DNA of 64,000 bases from Lama guanicoe (Eukaryota), in contig MU053873.1 of the NCBI GenBank assembly GCA_013239625.1, positions 3,052,524 to 3,116,523 on the forward strand, read 5' to 3'. Position numbers and translations under genes: made by a program. Shown here piece by piece: positions 37,004-49,959 of this stretch. The notes beneath the pieces were generated by a model. It did not search any database. It worked only from the letters and a program-made list of their open reading frames with translations, and was not told the DNA's origin. The stretch's first letter is position 1; each line of letters starts with the position of its first letter.

Positions 37004-37964
37004 AGAGATGAAAATATGCCTCGGGGCTCCATGGGGCTCCCAGACCACTCGGAACTTTTGCTCTAACTGAGCCTCTACACTCTGCAGAGGAAATACAATT
37101 TTCCCATGGCCACAGAGCTGACAAGGTAGCTAAAGCCAGTTTCTCCACTCTCAGTCCAGTACGTGTTCTGCTCTGAGAGCTAACTAATTCACACTATAGT
37201 GTTAATGACTGACTGGGCCTTTTGTTATTCTTAGAAAGGTAACAGTCATGGTAAAAATCTATTCAATAGGACAGTGTGTTGAGAGATATTGTAGAGTAGA
37301 GGAGCCCCTTGGCATGTGCCCTAAGCATTCATCTCCACATCATTCATTTATTTCCAAGGATCACTGGTCACAGGAAGTGGCCATGCCCATCACTTCCTGT
37401 TTGTTTTCAGGCAGGCTGTGTGGCTCTGTCTCAGGGGAACAGCTTATCAGTTCCCTGCCACCCACCCCTCCCCAGGTCGAGGGCTTTCCCTCAGCACAGG
37501 AAAAGACCCAGTAATGAATGCCACGAAATGCCGAATCCTGATTTTCTCTTGTGCTTTCTACCAGAGGAAGCCTGATACAGTTGATTTGAATTCTGCGACC
37601 TTTGCAAACACGTGCCTGCTTATTCTGTGCTGTTGCAGAGGAAGATGTGAAAACCTAGGCGATGTGGGAGGAAAATGTGAGCCCCCCCAGAATTTCCCTT
37701 GCTTCAGACTTGGTGATGTATGAGCAAGGAGGCCACACGGTGCTTTCAGAGAGAATTGATTTGTGCAACACACGGGTTTTGAGGTGCCTCTGTTTTCCCT
37801 TTTCAAAAACAAGGAGAGTAACACGACCAACAGGAACTGCTGTAAAGATGAAACCAGAAAACCAGCCCAAGTGACCAGCGCCTGTGCCTTACACGCAGTA
37901 AGTGCTCACGAATGAAGGACGGAAGGACAATTATGAATCAGCATTCGGGGAAGTAGCAGGTAGC

Positions 37965-38130
37965 ATGGGGCGGCAAACTGGCCCCAGGCCAAAGAAAATA
38001 TTTAAGTTTCATTGGACACATCCACTTCCTTTCATGTAGCTGCCTCTGTGCAACAGTGATAACTAGTTAACTAGTTGCTGAAAAAATTTACTATCTGGTC
38101 CTTTGCAGAGAAAGCTTGATAAACTCTGAC
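37965..38130. mobile_element. MER58-like hAT-Charlie MITE
   Basis: GGGGCGGCAAACTGGCCCCAGGCCAAA...ATTTACTATCTGGTCCTTTGCAGAGAAAG. Confidence 0.7.
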
Positions 38131-38635
38131 CTAGTGGAATCAGACATGGATGGATTCGTGGTTATTGAACAGGTTGCTTTGCTTCACTGAGCCTCAGTTT
38201 TCCCATCTCTAAAATGGGGATAATAATTGACTCTTCTTATCAGTATGCCATGAAGAGCAGACAGTACAGGGCCCGGGACACAGTAAGGACTTAGATGTTA
38301 GTTCCCTCTCTCCCCCGATGTCTGCAGACTCTTGGCCTCACACTGAGGCCTTCTGAGGTCTTAGACTCTCTTCGGCGCTATGTAGCAGGGCTGACCAAGG
38401 CCAGTTGTCCAAACAACAGTACCCAACAGCTGCCATTTGCAGAGTAGGGGCCAGGAGCCGTGTCCTCTATTAAACCCTTGACCTGCACAGTTTTTTTCCC
38501 ACCACCCTTCCAGGTGGTAGGTATGTTGTCATTCCCATTCTACAGATAAGAAAATTGAGGTTTAGAGAGTTAAAGCTTGAAAGGGGGCGGAGCTGGGATT
38601 GGAACCTGGGCCACTGTGACTCCAGAGACCACAAT
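38130..38635. mobile_element. Two MIR fragments (+ then -)
   Basis: GAGCCTCAGTTTTCCCATCTCTAAAATGGGGATAATAAT and CCCATTCTACAGATAAGAAAATTGAGG. Confidence 0.75.
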
Positions 38636-40484
38636 CTGAAAGTCCCCTGCTGTCAGGGCAGGACGAGGGCAGAGGCTGCTGAAGACTCTGAGGCCAGAAC
38701 GGGAAACGCAGCAGAGAACGTCAGTGTGGGAAGGGAGCCTGCAGACTACAAATGGGTCTGATCTACCCATAGGCAGATGTGGAGACTGAGGTCTCAATGG
38801 GCAAAGGCACTTGTCCAAGGGTCCTGAGAGCCAGAGCACAACTGCTGCCTGGTCCTGACTGTGTGCTGCTCCCCTGGGCCCTGCCCAGCTCACTGGACAT
38901 CCCACCCCATTCCCAGCCCTCTGCTCCAAACAGACAGGGCTCCTTTTGGTTCGCTGGGAGCGCCCTGTTCTCCATCACCTCTGCACCCCTGACAGGTGGG
39001 TTCCTCCATCCCTGTTCCCCCTTGCTTCACCTGGCTGACTCCTGTTCATCCTTCAAGGGATGGGTCACCACCTCAGGGAGGCCTCCCTGAGCCCCCAGGC
39101 TGGGTCAGGTACCTCCTCCAGGCTGCTGTGCTTTTCACGTTTTAGGTTATGATGATCTACCTCCCCCATGATCACAGAGCTGAATCAGTGTTTGTTGAAT
39201 GAATACATGACTGACTGAATGAAAGAATGATTTTGGAGAGCTCTCACCGGTGCAGGAGCAGGGCGCTAGGGTGAGCAAATAAGAATTCACGAGAGGAGAT
39301 AGTTGCCTCACTGCCTTCCATTCCTCCAGTTCCCTCTTCATGCCTCCCACCTCCCTCTGCGGAAGGGACACTGGGAAGAGAGTTAGGAGACCTGGCTTCG
39401 GGCGTAGCCCCTCCACGGATCCTCGTGAAACCTTGCATGGTGCCCTTCCTCTCCTGGGGTTGGAGTTTCTCACTGATGAGTCCCAGTGGAGGTCAGCCTC
39501 CAACTTGCTGAGGTCCCACGAGCAGGGGGACGTAAGCACCAGCCCCAGGCTTCATCCTTAAATGCCCCTGGGAACTTCCCTGCAGGATGACTGAAGAACC
39601 CCACAGCCTCCTCTCCTGTACTCTAACCGGGGCTTATCTGAAGGATCAGGGATAGTTTCCCAGAGGTATTTTCCTGTACTTCCCTAAGACAGCACGCAAG
39701 ACATAAACACACTTCATGGCTTAAGACTAGTACTGAGCTCACGTGCCGAGTCAAAACGCTGGCACAGATGACAGGCTGATGATCACTCGGCCGCTTCGTC
39801 AGCTCTAATGACATCCAACTGAAGGCTGGGGGCTGTGGCCGGGACTGGGGAAACTAGAGAAAAGGTTTCGTGGGGGCGTCTTTGCCTTGCGCCACCTGCG
39901 TGTGACCTTGGGCAAGGGACGCGTCCTCTCCGCGTCCTGGTTCCCTTCTCTGTTAAGGAGGGATGATTTCGGCGGTGTTGTCATGAGGGTTAAATGAACG
40001 ACTATCTGCAAAATTCTCAGACCGCTGCCTGCAGTACAAAAGGCTTCCAAGAGTATTTTAAATGAGTAAGTTTCTAACGTGGGTGAGAAGAGTTTGCTTA
40101 CATGTGAGAATTAGAACGTGAGGGTGGGAGAGTAGGGGCTGTGTTTTGCTCACCCAGTGTAGGGCAGTGCTTGCACTCAGCAGTGGGAGTGCTTAGTCGC
40201 CGCAGTACTTAGTAGCAGCAGCAGTAGTGCTCAGTACCAGCCACGGTGCTGAGTACCAGTAGTGGTATTTAGTGCTATTGTTTAGTAGTGCTTGCATTTG
40301 GCGTTTGCACTTAGCAGACCTGTGAATATGTGTTGGGTTGGATGGAGGAGTGTCATTGATGCTGGTAAAGGATATATATATATAATCTATTTCAAAAATA
40401 CAAAGAGGCTTTTTATGCAGATGCGTGGACACGTAATACGTCTTAAAAGAGGATGCGTCAGGAAAATAATGGCATTTGTGGGTA

Positions 40485-40705
40485 AAGAAAGTAGCAGGGA
40501 CATTTCTAGTGCTTACTAGAGTCTAGGCACTTTACACAAATTGATCTATTTGATCCTCACAACAATCGATGATTTACAGATGCAGAGACTGATCACAGAG
40601 AGGTTGAGTAACTTGCCCTAGGTCACACAGCAGGAAAATCAGTGGAGCTGGGATTTGTACTCCAGCAGTCTGACTGCAGAGGTCATGCTTTTAATCACTA
40701 CACTC
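40485..40705 (-). mobile_element. MIR SINE
   Basis: TTTACAGATGCAGAGACTGATCACAGAGAGGTTGAGTAACTTGCCCTAGGTCACACAGC. Confidence 0.85.
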
Positions 40706-41486
40706 TACACTGTCTCTTTCAAGGCACTGGCTGAGGAAATTGTGGCTACAAACAACAACAACAACAAAGAACAATCAAATAAACAAACGTCATCACCCAT
40801 ACAAACACCTAAAAAGAGATGCTGAAAAGATACAAAAATCCTTCTTGTCTCAGGGGAGCAGTCTCTGAACACTGGGGAGGGCTCCTCCCTGCTCCGGTCC
40901 TGTTTCCTGCTCTAGAATATGGGGAGGGGATGTCCTCCAGTGCCCCTTCCCATCTGGGGTCCTGGGTTTCTGCATAGCCTCTCAGTTGCCAACTGTGAAG
41001 CCAGGCACCCGGAGCTGCCATGAAATTCAGGTCACCCGCGCTGAAACGCACTGCTCATTTCCCAGCAGGACCTGCCTCCCCACAGGCTCCCAACGTGCCC
41101 AGCAAAACGGAAACCAGGGAGACTGAACACTTTTATCAAAGGAGCAACTCCGGAGAAGCTGGGAGGCTGTGAAGCCTCGGGAAGGCAAATCAAAGGCAAA
41201 CTTTGAGGACACTCTTTGTGCAGCCAAAGAAAATTCCGTCGTGCTTGCAACAGAGCGGCTGACTCTGTGGAAGGTAATTTACTCGGATCAGAGCAAGGCT
41301 GTGTTTGTTCGTGTCTCCATGCTGAAAAAGCAGACCCAGAAGGGAAGTCGGACGAGCACGCAGCAATCTGTTTGTCAGATAATTGGCATAAAAATGCTGC
41401 TTTTCCCTCACCTCCTGAATTACTTGGGTGCTTCAGAAAAAAACTTCCATCCTCAAATTTTATGTAGAAACACAATTGTGAAGAGG

Positions 41487-41600
41487 TTTTTCTTTCTTTC
41501 TTTCTCTCTCTCTTTCTTTCTTTTTCTTTCTTTCTTCTTTCTTTTCCTTTCTCTCTCTCTCTTTCCTTCCTTCCTTCCTTCTCTCTCTCTCTCTCCCTCT
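41487..41600. repeat. Polypyrimidine (TTTC/TC/TTCC)n tract
   Basis: Direct read. Confidence 0.9.
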
Positions 41601-42129
41601 CCTGTACTTCTTTCTAGCTATCTCTCTAGCTACCTATCGGAATATATTACATACGATCCTATCTTTTTTCTTTCCATTCACCTACAATGTATCTATAGGG
41701 TCTCATCTACGTATATAATATAAGGGAGTCTAATATGTATCAGAGAGCAAGAGGGAGAATTTACACATCAGGCACTGTGCTAGGCTCTGGGGACCCAGTG
41801 ATGTACAAGACAGACATGATAAGAAAAAGGTGGTCTGGCCTCACGGAACCTGCCATCTACAGGGTTACAGCCCTGCTGCTGTAGGCTGGGTTGCAGGAAG
41901 CATGGAGGAAGGGGAATGTGTGGGAGCCCAGGGAGACCCCAGATCAGCCCAGAGGGTGGGGAGAAATGACAGTGGTCAGGGAGGGATCCCTGGAGAAAGA
42001 CACTATCACACAACAAGCACTGGACTAAAATTCAGGATCAACATCTATGCTTTCTGCCACTTCTCTTTATATGATAATGAATACATCACTTTCCCTAGTG
42101 ACCCGGGGGCCTCATGCATAAAATCAAGT

Positions 42130-42306
42130 CAGTGTTTCTCAAAGGGCGTACCACAGAACACTTGTCTTTCATGATGTTCTGTGAAAGGAGGGTTCCCTGG
42201 CTGACCAGGTATGAGACACCCCCATGGGCTCTTCCTCTATTGAGAATGCACACTAAACTTCAAGGCATAATAAAGGTACCAACAGCTCTGCAGTAAATAT
42301 TAATAA

Positions 42307-42346
<40 letters not shown>

Positions 42347-42440
42347 CAACTCCATTTCCAAAACTTCTTTGATAACACAAAATTTTTAAAGTAGAACCTC
42401 ACTATTCCAGAATTCCTCAGGAAGCCTTTTGCAAAATGCA
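42130..42440. mobile_element. MER103-like hAT-Charlie element containing a (TAA)n microsatellite at about 42309-42344
   Basis: CAGTGTTTCTCAAAGGGCGTACCACAGAACAC...TAAAGGTACCAACAGCTCTGCAGTAAA. Confidence 0.6.
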
Positions 42441-42759
42441 GAAACGTAACTATGTTATTTAAAATACCTCATGTGTGCATGTTACTTTAAATTTTACGAG
42501 CACATTCATAACATCTTGCTTGACTCTCACAAACAGTCTAAGAAGGTGATGCAACAGCCCCTCCTTCCTTCCTTCCCTCAACATTTTTTTGAATGCCTCC
42601 TTGGGCCAGAATTCAACAATGATAAAACATGAGGAAACTGAGGTCCAGAGAGAAGAGGTGACCTGCTCAAGGCCACTGTGACCAGGATGTGCAGGTCAGG
42701 GAAAAACCAAAGCAGCAGCGGGAAAAGGCCAGGGGCCTTCTATCTTACCCTCCTATAAA

Positions 42760-43080
42760 GGGTCACAAACACAAACCCTCAAGAGCCCAGGAAGTGGCAG
42801 CATAAATGAGGCTAGCAGGCCAGGTGTAGGGCAATAGGGAGTGGTGGAGACTGAGGCAAAGTGGAGAATGGGGTCCTTCCAGGAGAGAGTGGCCACTACT
42901 CAGCCCCAGCTGATATGAAAATCCAGGCCTGTTGTTGCCAGATCTGATTTTCCCATGAGGGACTTTAAATCTAGATTTTTATGTGAAACCGCTAGACAAT
43001 TCTTGGTCATAAGTTCAGTTTTTCTGGGGGCCTCAATGTATGCTGATGGGCTGAATTTGAGTCAGAGGGCACTGGTTAGA
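42760..43080. mobile_element. MER102-like hAT-Charlie element
   Basis: CAATAGGGAGTGGTGGAGACTGAGGCAAA...GTTGCCAGATCTGATTTT...AAATCTAGATTTTTATGTGAAA. Confidence 0.7.
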
Positions 43081-43734
43081 ACCACACAACGCCCATGAAT
43101 ACATATCCAACACAGCACCTGGCAGCCCTCATTATATTTAGTTACTTACACAGCTATTCTCTTCCCTCACAACTGGGTTGCAACCCCCTCGAGGGGAGGG
43201 ATTGTGGCTTAATCATCTTTCCACATCCCAGTGCCCTTCAGGGGGCTGGCACGTAAAAGGACATAATAAATGTTTATCGAAAGAATGCTTATGGTGCCTC
43301 CCTCTACAGCAGTGAAAAATAAATATATAATAGCTTTTAATTAAAAAGAAACAGGATGAAATATGCATGAGAATCCTATCCTTTGACAGGAGGCAGTGTG
43401 TTAAGGAGAAAGATTTTTAAATTACGTTTGCCAGCAATGCTCCCGTAAGACTAAAAAAGTTTTCTGGGCATGCGATCTCGGCTGGCGAAATCCCGTTCTC
43501 AGGTCTGCATTGTGACTAATGCTTCCTGTGTTTGGATGGGTCTCAAAGAACAAGAAGATTGCTTGTTAAAACGGGTTCCTGACCTTGTCGGCCACAGAGA
43601 TATACTGGTGAGGAATCTGAATACTTCGGCTGACCTCGCCCCCATCATTCGGACTGTTACTCCCTGCAAATGTCTTTTCTGACAATAGCAATGAACTGAT
43701 ACTAATCATCAACAGACTCCAGTAAGAGACACAG

Positions 43735-43975
43735 TACAGCAGCCCGAGGGTTTAACCACTGGCTTCAAAATCAAATAGGTCTGCATTGGAATCCCTGATT
43801 TGGCAGGACTACTGAGATGACCTTGAGCCAGCGACTGAGCTTCTCTGAACCTCAGTTTCCTTTTCTAAAATATGTGGATAATGATGCCCACCGTATAGTT
43901 TTGTTACTGTGGGTTGGGAATAGCCTGTGTGAAAGGCTTGGCATATAACATATGCTGAATACATGACAGCCACCA
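43735..43975 (+). mobile_element. MIR SINE
   Basis: GATGACCTTGAGCC...CTTCTCTGAACCTCAGTTTCC. Confidence 0.7.
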
Positions 43976-44319
43976 GCATTTAGGGAGATGGTTTCCAAAC
44001 TGCTTAAAAGAAGTTTGGAAACCATCTTTTCAAATTAAATAACATCTGGAAGCCTGACAAGGGAAAGAAAGCAAATGTCCCGCGTTTCCCTCACCCCTTG
44101 GGGGAAACTCTGCAGACCTCTAGGTCTCTAAGGAGCACAGTCAGGAAGCCGTGGGTCTATTCTGTCTCCTTCTAGGATGAGAAGACTGAACTCCAGGTGG
44201 GGGTGTAACACCCTCAGGATACGCACTGAGTCTTCAAAGGAATTGGGACTTGGGCCCAGGAAGCGGGGCTCCTAGGCTGGTTGGTGCTAAGAGGTCCGCA
44301 GAACGCAGATGGAAAGCAA

Positions 44320-44790
44320 CGGCTGTGGGGTCCCTCCAGCCTGGTTCAGATCTTGGACCCACCCCCACTGCCTGCGTGACAGGGAGTGGGTCACCTCCCC
44401 TCTGTGAAACTCAGTTTCCCCCTCCATAAAATGGAGGCAATGGTGAGTACCTAACTTGGAGAGCCATTATGAGAAATAAATAACATACAAAAAAGCACCA
44501 AGCAGGGTCCTCGAACTGCTTGGTTGACAGTGTACCAAAAACTAATAGAAATCGTTATAACTGTATTAACAATACCTTGTGCCTGTATAGAAATTCACAG
44601 CACACAAAGGGCTTTAATAGTTGTTTTATCCTCAAAACCACCAGTGAGGTAGAGACTATTCCTCCTGCTGTGCAGACAAAAAAAGAAAAGAAGAAGCCCC
44701 AAGAGACAGTCATTTTACCCAAGGTCATGTGAGGAGCAGAGGGAGATTTAGATTTACCTTCTGGTGAGGGTCTACTGACCAGACACTCTG
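44320..44790. mobile_element. Two MIR fragments (+ then -)
   Basis: CTCAGTTTCCCCCTCCATAAAATGGAGG and TTTACCCAAGGTCATG. Confidence 0.65.
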
Positions 44791-45780
44791 CCCTACTGCC
44801 TTGGAGCCACACTCCCATCAGCTGGATTGATGCATCTTCCACAAAAACACCTGGATTATAAGTGTCTGATACATGGCATAGGTACCACTGCTCTCCATGT
44901 CTGTGCTCCTGGCAGACATGACTAATCAATCACCATTATCTTTCCCACTGAGCCTCAAAAATCTTTGCTTGCACAGGGCTGTTGTAAACAGCCATTTATG
45001 AGAGACTGGTGTTGGGCCCGGAAGCAGCAACTCTTTGCTCATATCCTGCCCACATCCCCAGCCCTGGTCCCCTGCGCTGGGCAGTCATGAGCCCAGGAAG
45101 CTGGGCTGCTATGCCTGACTGATTGTACAGGGCTCTGCATCGGTTGGGTCACTGGGACATCTTCCTTTGTCCTCTGGCTCTCTGCCCAGGGATGCCCGAG
45201 AAAAGAAACAGCTATTACAGAAAAAGCTATTTGTGCTTTATCTGGGTGTTGAATCACATAATTAGGAGCCTCTCCCAGTAAGATTGAAACTCCCACCTGT
45301 ATCAGTGACCATTGTCCACACTCCCCGCCTCCCTGCTGAAATTAGCTCCCTGCCCGCTGTCTGTCCCCAGTAATTTTCTTGTACTTGAATTAGATGCCAG
45401 TGAGAGTCCGCTTGTCCCAAATGGGCCCCCTTGAGATTTATGCCTTTTCAGGGCAGGAGGTGAGAGAGAATCATTCGTGACTCCTTGAGGACCCAGCGCC
45501 TTGTTTTAAAGACGCCCCAGGGTGGGAGGAATGGAGAATCATCTCAGACATGCGCCTCTCATTTTGTCATGGTTGTTCCACTTCCCCCTCCCTGATGCTA
45601 ACAGTTGTTCTTCTCGGGTTTGATGGGGGAGAAACAGGATACACGGATGCAGAGATGCAACAGTTACTTTACCACAGACTTCACTGTCAGGGGGCTGTTA
45701 CACAGCTGACAGGTCTATTGTGCTTCTAAAAGTTACAAGCATCTTCCCCTACACCCTCTCAAGGTATCTAGGTGTGTAAA

Positions 45781-45787
45781 TGTGTGT

Positions 45788-45850
<63 letters not shown>

Positions 45851-45866
45851 AGGGAGGGAGGAAGGG
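45781..45866. repeat. Compound (TG)n(AG)n(GGGA)n microsatellite
   Basis: Direct read. Confidence 0.95.
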
Positions 45867-45899
45867 AGATAGGATGGCCCACTGCTGGAATCACTCCTT

Positions 45900-47850
45900 T
45901 ACATTCAACCTTCCCATTCTCAACCTTCCACCTCCCTTGCTCTCACCTGGCAAAGCCTCAGCCCAGGTTAAATCCGGGTCCTGCCTTTCCACACCTGCGT
46001 CCTCGCAGGAGCCACGTGGCTGCTGCCATTCTGCGCTTGAAATTCCCGCTCACCGACCTCACAGTCCCACTGCATTTCCTTGATCCCGGCTGCTGGATGA
46101 CTTTCAGAACCGTCTCCAACCCTCCAACTCCTCCTCCTCAGTCTCAGTGGGTGACTTTGCTTCCTCTCCCCTGAGAAAGCAGGAAGGGGTCACCCCCGCT
46201 GTGCTGCCGCCTGGGCACGTGCCCACCCTCCCCAGCTGCACCTCGTGCCCGCCCCCTTCCCATGCCCGTGGGTGCCCGGCCGCACTGCCGCCCCCGCCCT
46301 GGGGCCCTGGGGCCCTGGGTTCCTCTGCCAGCATCTCCCAGCAAAGACCCCTTCCTCTCGGGCATCGTCCCCTTTTCTCTTTCTCTGAGGTCGTTCCCAT
46401 CAGCAAGCAAATTGGCTACAACAGCTCCCTTCTTAAAACAAAACAAAACAAAAACAATAAAAAACAAAAATAACAAAAAAGAAATTTCCCTTGACTCCAC
46501 ATCCCACTCCAGCTACCACCTATTCCCTTTAGAAAAAAAAATTATTCAAAAGAGTTGTCCAGATTCCTCTAATTCTTCTCCCATTCGCCCTGAGTCCACT
46601 CCAGTCAGGCTGCCCAGAAACTACCTCCAGCGAGGTCACTGAGGGTCTCCATTTCGCCGCACCCAAAGGGCCATCCTTAGCATTCACCTTATTCGCTGGC
46701 AGTATTTGCTACAATTGGTGGTTAGCATCTCTTGAAAGGCTTTCTGCACTTGTTTTCCAGGACACACATGCTCCTGGTTTTTCACCCCCGCCCCCCGACC
46801 TCTCTTCCCTATCTCTTTTCAAGCTCCTCCTCAGCGCCTGCCCTCTACACCCCGGGGCATCTCAGGACTCAGGACTCGTCCCCTTCTTTACTCACTCCTG
46901 CCAAGTCTCGGACAACCTCTGAGCTTCATGCAGAAGCTGTGTGCTGACAACTCCCACACCAAGCACACACCCCCAGCCTCAGTCTCTCCAAACCTGCACA
47001 GTCCCGCTCAGGACATCTGGGATGTCTACTAGGCATCCAACCCAAGGTGTCCGCCCTCCCGCCTCCCCAGATCTCATCATGGCAATTCCATCCTTCCAGC
47101 TGCTTGCAGTCAATTTCATTGCTTTGTTTTTCTCAGTCTCCACATGTCATGTCGGGAAATAACTGACCTTCCAAATAATCTAGACTCTGAAGGCTTCTTC
47201 CAACGTTCACTGTCATTATTCTGGCCCAAGCCATCATCATATATAACCTGGATTACTTTCTCCTCATTTTTACTGAGATATAATTGGCATATAACATTGT
47301 ATAAATTTAAGGTTACAGCATACGGTTTGATATTATACTATACATATATCCATATGGTGAAATGATTACCACAATAAGATTAGTTACCACCCATCACCTC
47401 ACATAGTTACAATTTTTTTCCTTGTGATGAGAATGTTACGATTTTACCAGCTTTCAGATACAAGCCAGATTACTGTCATAGCTCCCCCACCCCCGTGGTC
47501 CTCCTGGCCTCCATCCTGCCCCTGCAGTCCATTCTTCACATGGCAGCCAAAGGATCCTTTTAAAACCAAATCTAATGACGACACTTTTGCACTCAAAATT
47601 CTCCGATGATTTCTGATCTCACTTGGAGTCAAAGCCAAAATTCTCACCAGTGACTACAAAACGCCTCTATGATCTGGCCTCCCCCACCTCTCTCCTTCTT
47701 GCCCACTCCATCCCGGCACACGACCCTCCTACTCCTCCTCGCACATCCAGGCACAGTCCTGACACAGGGACTTTGCACCTGACATCCCGATTCCTGGGAT
47801 GCTGCTCCCTCAGACTCGTGCATGGCTCACTCTTACCGACTATATGATAT
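45900..47850 (+). mobile_element. Long L2 LINE remnant with a nested antisense L1 3' fragment at about 47265-47460
   Basis: C/T-rich L2 body (CCCTTGACTCCACATCCCACTCCAGCTACCACC; CTCCTGGTTTTTC; CATTCTTCACATGGCAGCCAAAGGATCCTTTTAAAAC); L1 end TTTACTGAGATATAATTGGCATATAACATTGTATAAATTTAAGG. Confidence 0.75.
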
Positions 47851-47854
47851 AAAA

Positions 47855-48150
47855 CATCACTCGCATCCACACACACCCACCCCTCCCCTGCCACAAGAGG
47901 CAGGAGTTCGTGGACAATATCCCAGCTACCCTGCCTCTTGGTGGGCAGACATGAAGTGTGCTCCTTGCAGGATTGAACCCCAGTGGCCCACAGCAAAACC
48001 TACTCATGAACACGTCTTTTATTAACAAGTCCCCTTCCTTGTCTCAATCTCCTATTCCTTGCTGGTCCTTTCTAGGACCACCTCCTAAATAGATGACCTC
48101 CACCTAAATCCCCTGCCCAGTCTTCTTTCAGGGGGAACCACACTAAGGCA
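47855..48150 (+). mobile_element. LTR16-like ERVL LTR fragment
   Basis: GGATTGAACCCCAGTGGCCCACAGC...CACCTCCTAAATAG...TTTCAGGGGGAACCACACTAAGGCA. Confidence 0.65.
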
Positions 48151-48440
48151 CACTATTTGACCAGTTGCATTTATGTGCCAGGATATATACTTACCAGTTT
48201 ATTTTCTTTATTTTCTATTTCTTCCCACTAGCACATAAGCTCCAAGGGGAAGTGAAGACTGCTCTCCTCAGGGTGGCTGACGGGCACTCAGCAAATGTTT
48301 ACTCCATGGAAGGGTTTGTTCATTCATCTGACAGGTAATTATTAAATGCTTACCCTGTGCCAGGCACTCTTCCAGATGCTGGGGATACAGTGGTGAGCAA
48401 AACACATGAGGTTCCTACTCACAAGGAGCTCACTTTCTGA

Positions 48441-48578
48441 GTGGATGGATATGTGGGTGTATGTATGGAGGTATGGATGCATGGACAAGGTGCATGGATG
48501 AATGGATTGACGGACAGGGTTAGGGTGGATGGGTGGATGGTGGGTGGGTGGGTAGGTGGATGGGCGGATGGATGGATA
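48441..48578. repeat. Degenerate (TGGA/TGGG)n simple repeat
   Basis: Direct read. Confidence 0.85.
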
Positions 48579-49009
48579 GCAGGCCAAACAGGATCCGCTA
48601 TGACTTTACAACCCAACATTTGGATGCGAAGGTACCGTATCTGCTACAGGATTTCCCTGGTACAGCCTCTCACGACCTGTGCTTGCTTCATCCACTCTGT
48701 CACCTTTACCTCTTTTTACACATACATTTCTCCAGGGATTCCTATGTCCTTCCTCACTGCTGGAGCTGCAAACTGGGCCTACTCACTGCCCTGTCAGACT
48801 CAGTTTCACACCCTCTGATGTCCTTCCTGCTCCCTCTGGCTCTGATTCCATCCTTTTTCTGGTCCAGGGCTTTCAAGGTAATGCTGCCCAAACCCTACAA
48901 TGCAAGGCAGTGACTTTTCCTCATTGGCTCTTTTGAGCGTAGTGTAGACTGGCATTTATGTTCATGGGAAATTCATCTCTGTTGTTAGTGGAAAAGGCAG
49001 GCAGGGTGG

Positions 49010-49420
49010 GGAGTGGTCAAGCCTGGGTGGTCAAGTGGTCAGATGGGGCTAGGACTGAGTCCTGACACTTCCTTGCTGCGTCATGTTGGGCTGGAGACTT
49101 CAGCTTTCTGGGACTCAGTTTCCTCGTCTGTCAAAAGGGATGGAAACATTCTTCCTCTCCCAGAGTTATGGAGGAATCAAATGAGATTATGAATGTAAAG
49201 GAAATGAATCTTTATTCAAGTCCTGACTCTGCCCCTCCCCCACAACTCACTGTGTGACCTTGGGCAAGTGTCTTTACCTCTCTGATCCTCTGTTTGTATA
49301 AAATGGGGAGAGATGTGAATTCCTCATAAAGCTGCTACAAGGAAGACAGGAACTCACGCACACAGAGGGCCCGGCCCAGAGCCTGGTGGATGGCAAGCAC
49401 TGCGTCCATTATTCCCATGA
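49010..49420 (+). mobile_element. Two tandem MIR fragments
   Basis: CTCAGTTTCCTCGTCTGTCAAAAGGG and CTGTGTGACCTTGGGCAAGTG. Confidence 0.75.
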
Positions 49421-49959
49421 TTACTTTTATAAAGCTTTTGAGCTCAAAAGTCATGGAGGACTAACAGTTACCAAGCCTGCGGGGAAAACCCCCGGAACAT
49501 CAGGCTGCTCACATGAAGTGATGGCATCAGTGATCCAATCTCAACCCAGAGATTTGCTTTCCTGGGACTTAGAACCTTCTGTTCAGCCTTGTGCATTTTG
49601 CTTCTCCAACAGCACTTAGAAGCAAGCCCAGATTCCTCAGTTCTGAGGCAGGCGGGCACTGCAGAGCCTGGCGTAAAATACAAAAGCCCCCTTCTTCACG
49701 CTCATCCCGCCAGCAGTCTTAAAGAGGGCAGCACACCACCCTTTTATCTTCACCGGCAGATGAATGTAAGACACACTGCTTGGGGGCTGCTGGGTGGGGA
49801 AAGCCACTGTGCAGATCAGCTCGTCTCCAGAAGGCTGCGGTCCCCTTTGTGAAGGCAAATGCATCACTGGGAGGCCCGCAGGAAAGGCTAGATTTCAGCT
49901 GGGAGTGGACGGAGAAAGGTGTTGGCCCTCTTCAATAATTAATTCCATTTAAGCTTTTA

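Noticed and set aside
39888..39903. CTCF-like motif (reverse CACGCAGGTGGCGC)
   Set aside because: Two mismatches in the 5' core and it lies in a MIR; not distinguishable from chance
41169..41723. Longest ORF in the track (184 aa)
   Set aside because: Non-ATG start, no recognisable domain, and the C-terminal part is a translated CT microsatellite
34240..44790. Three oppositely oriented MIR pairs as dsRNA hairpins
   Set aside because: The copies are too diverged for stable pairing and such pairs are expected at this MIR density
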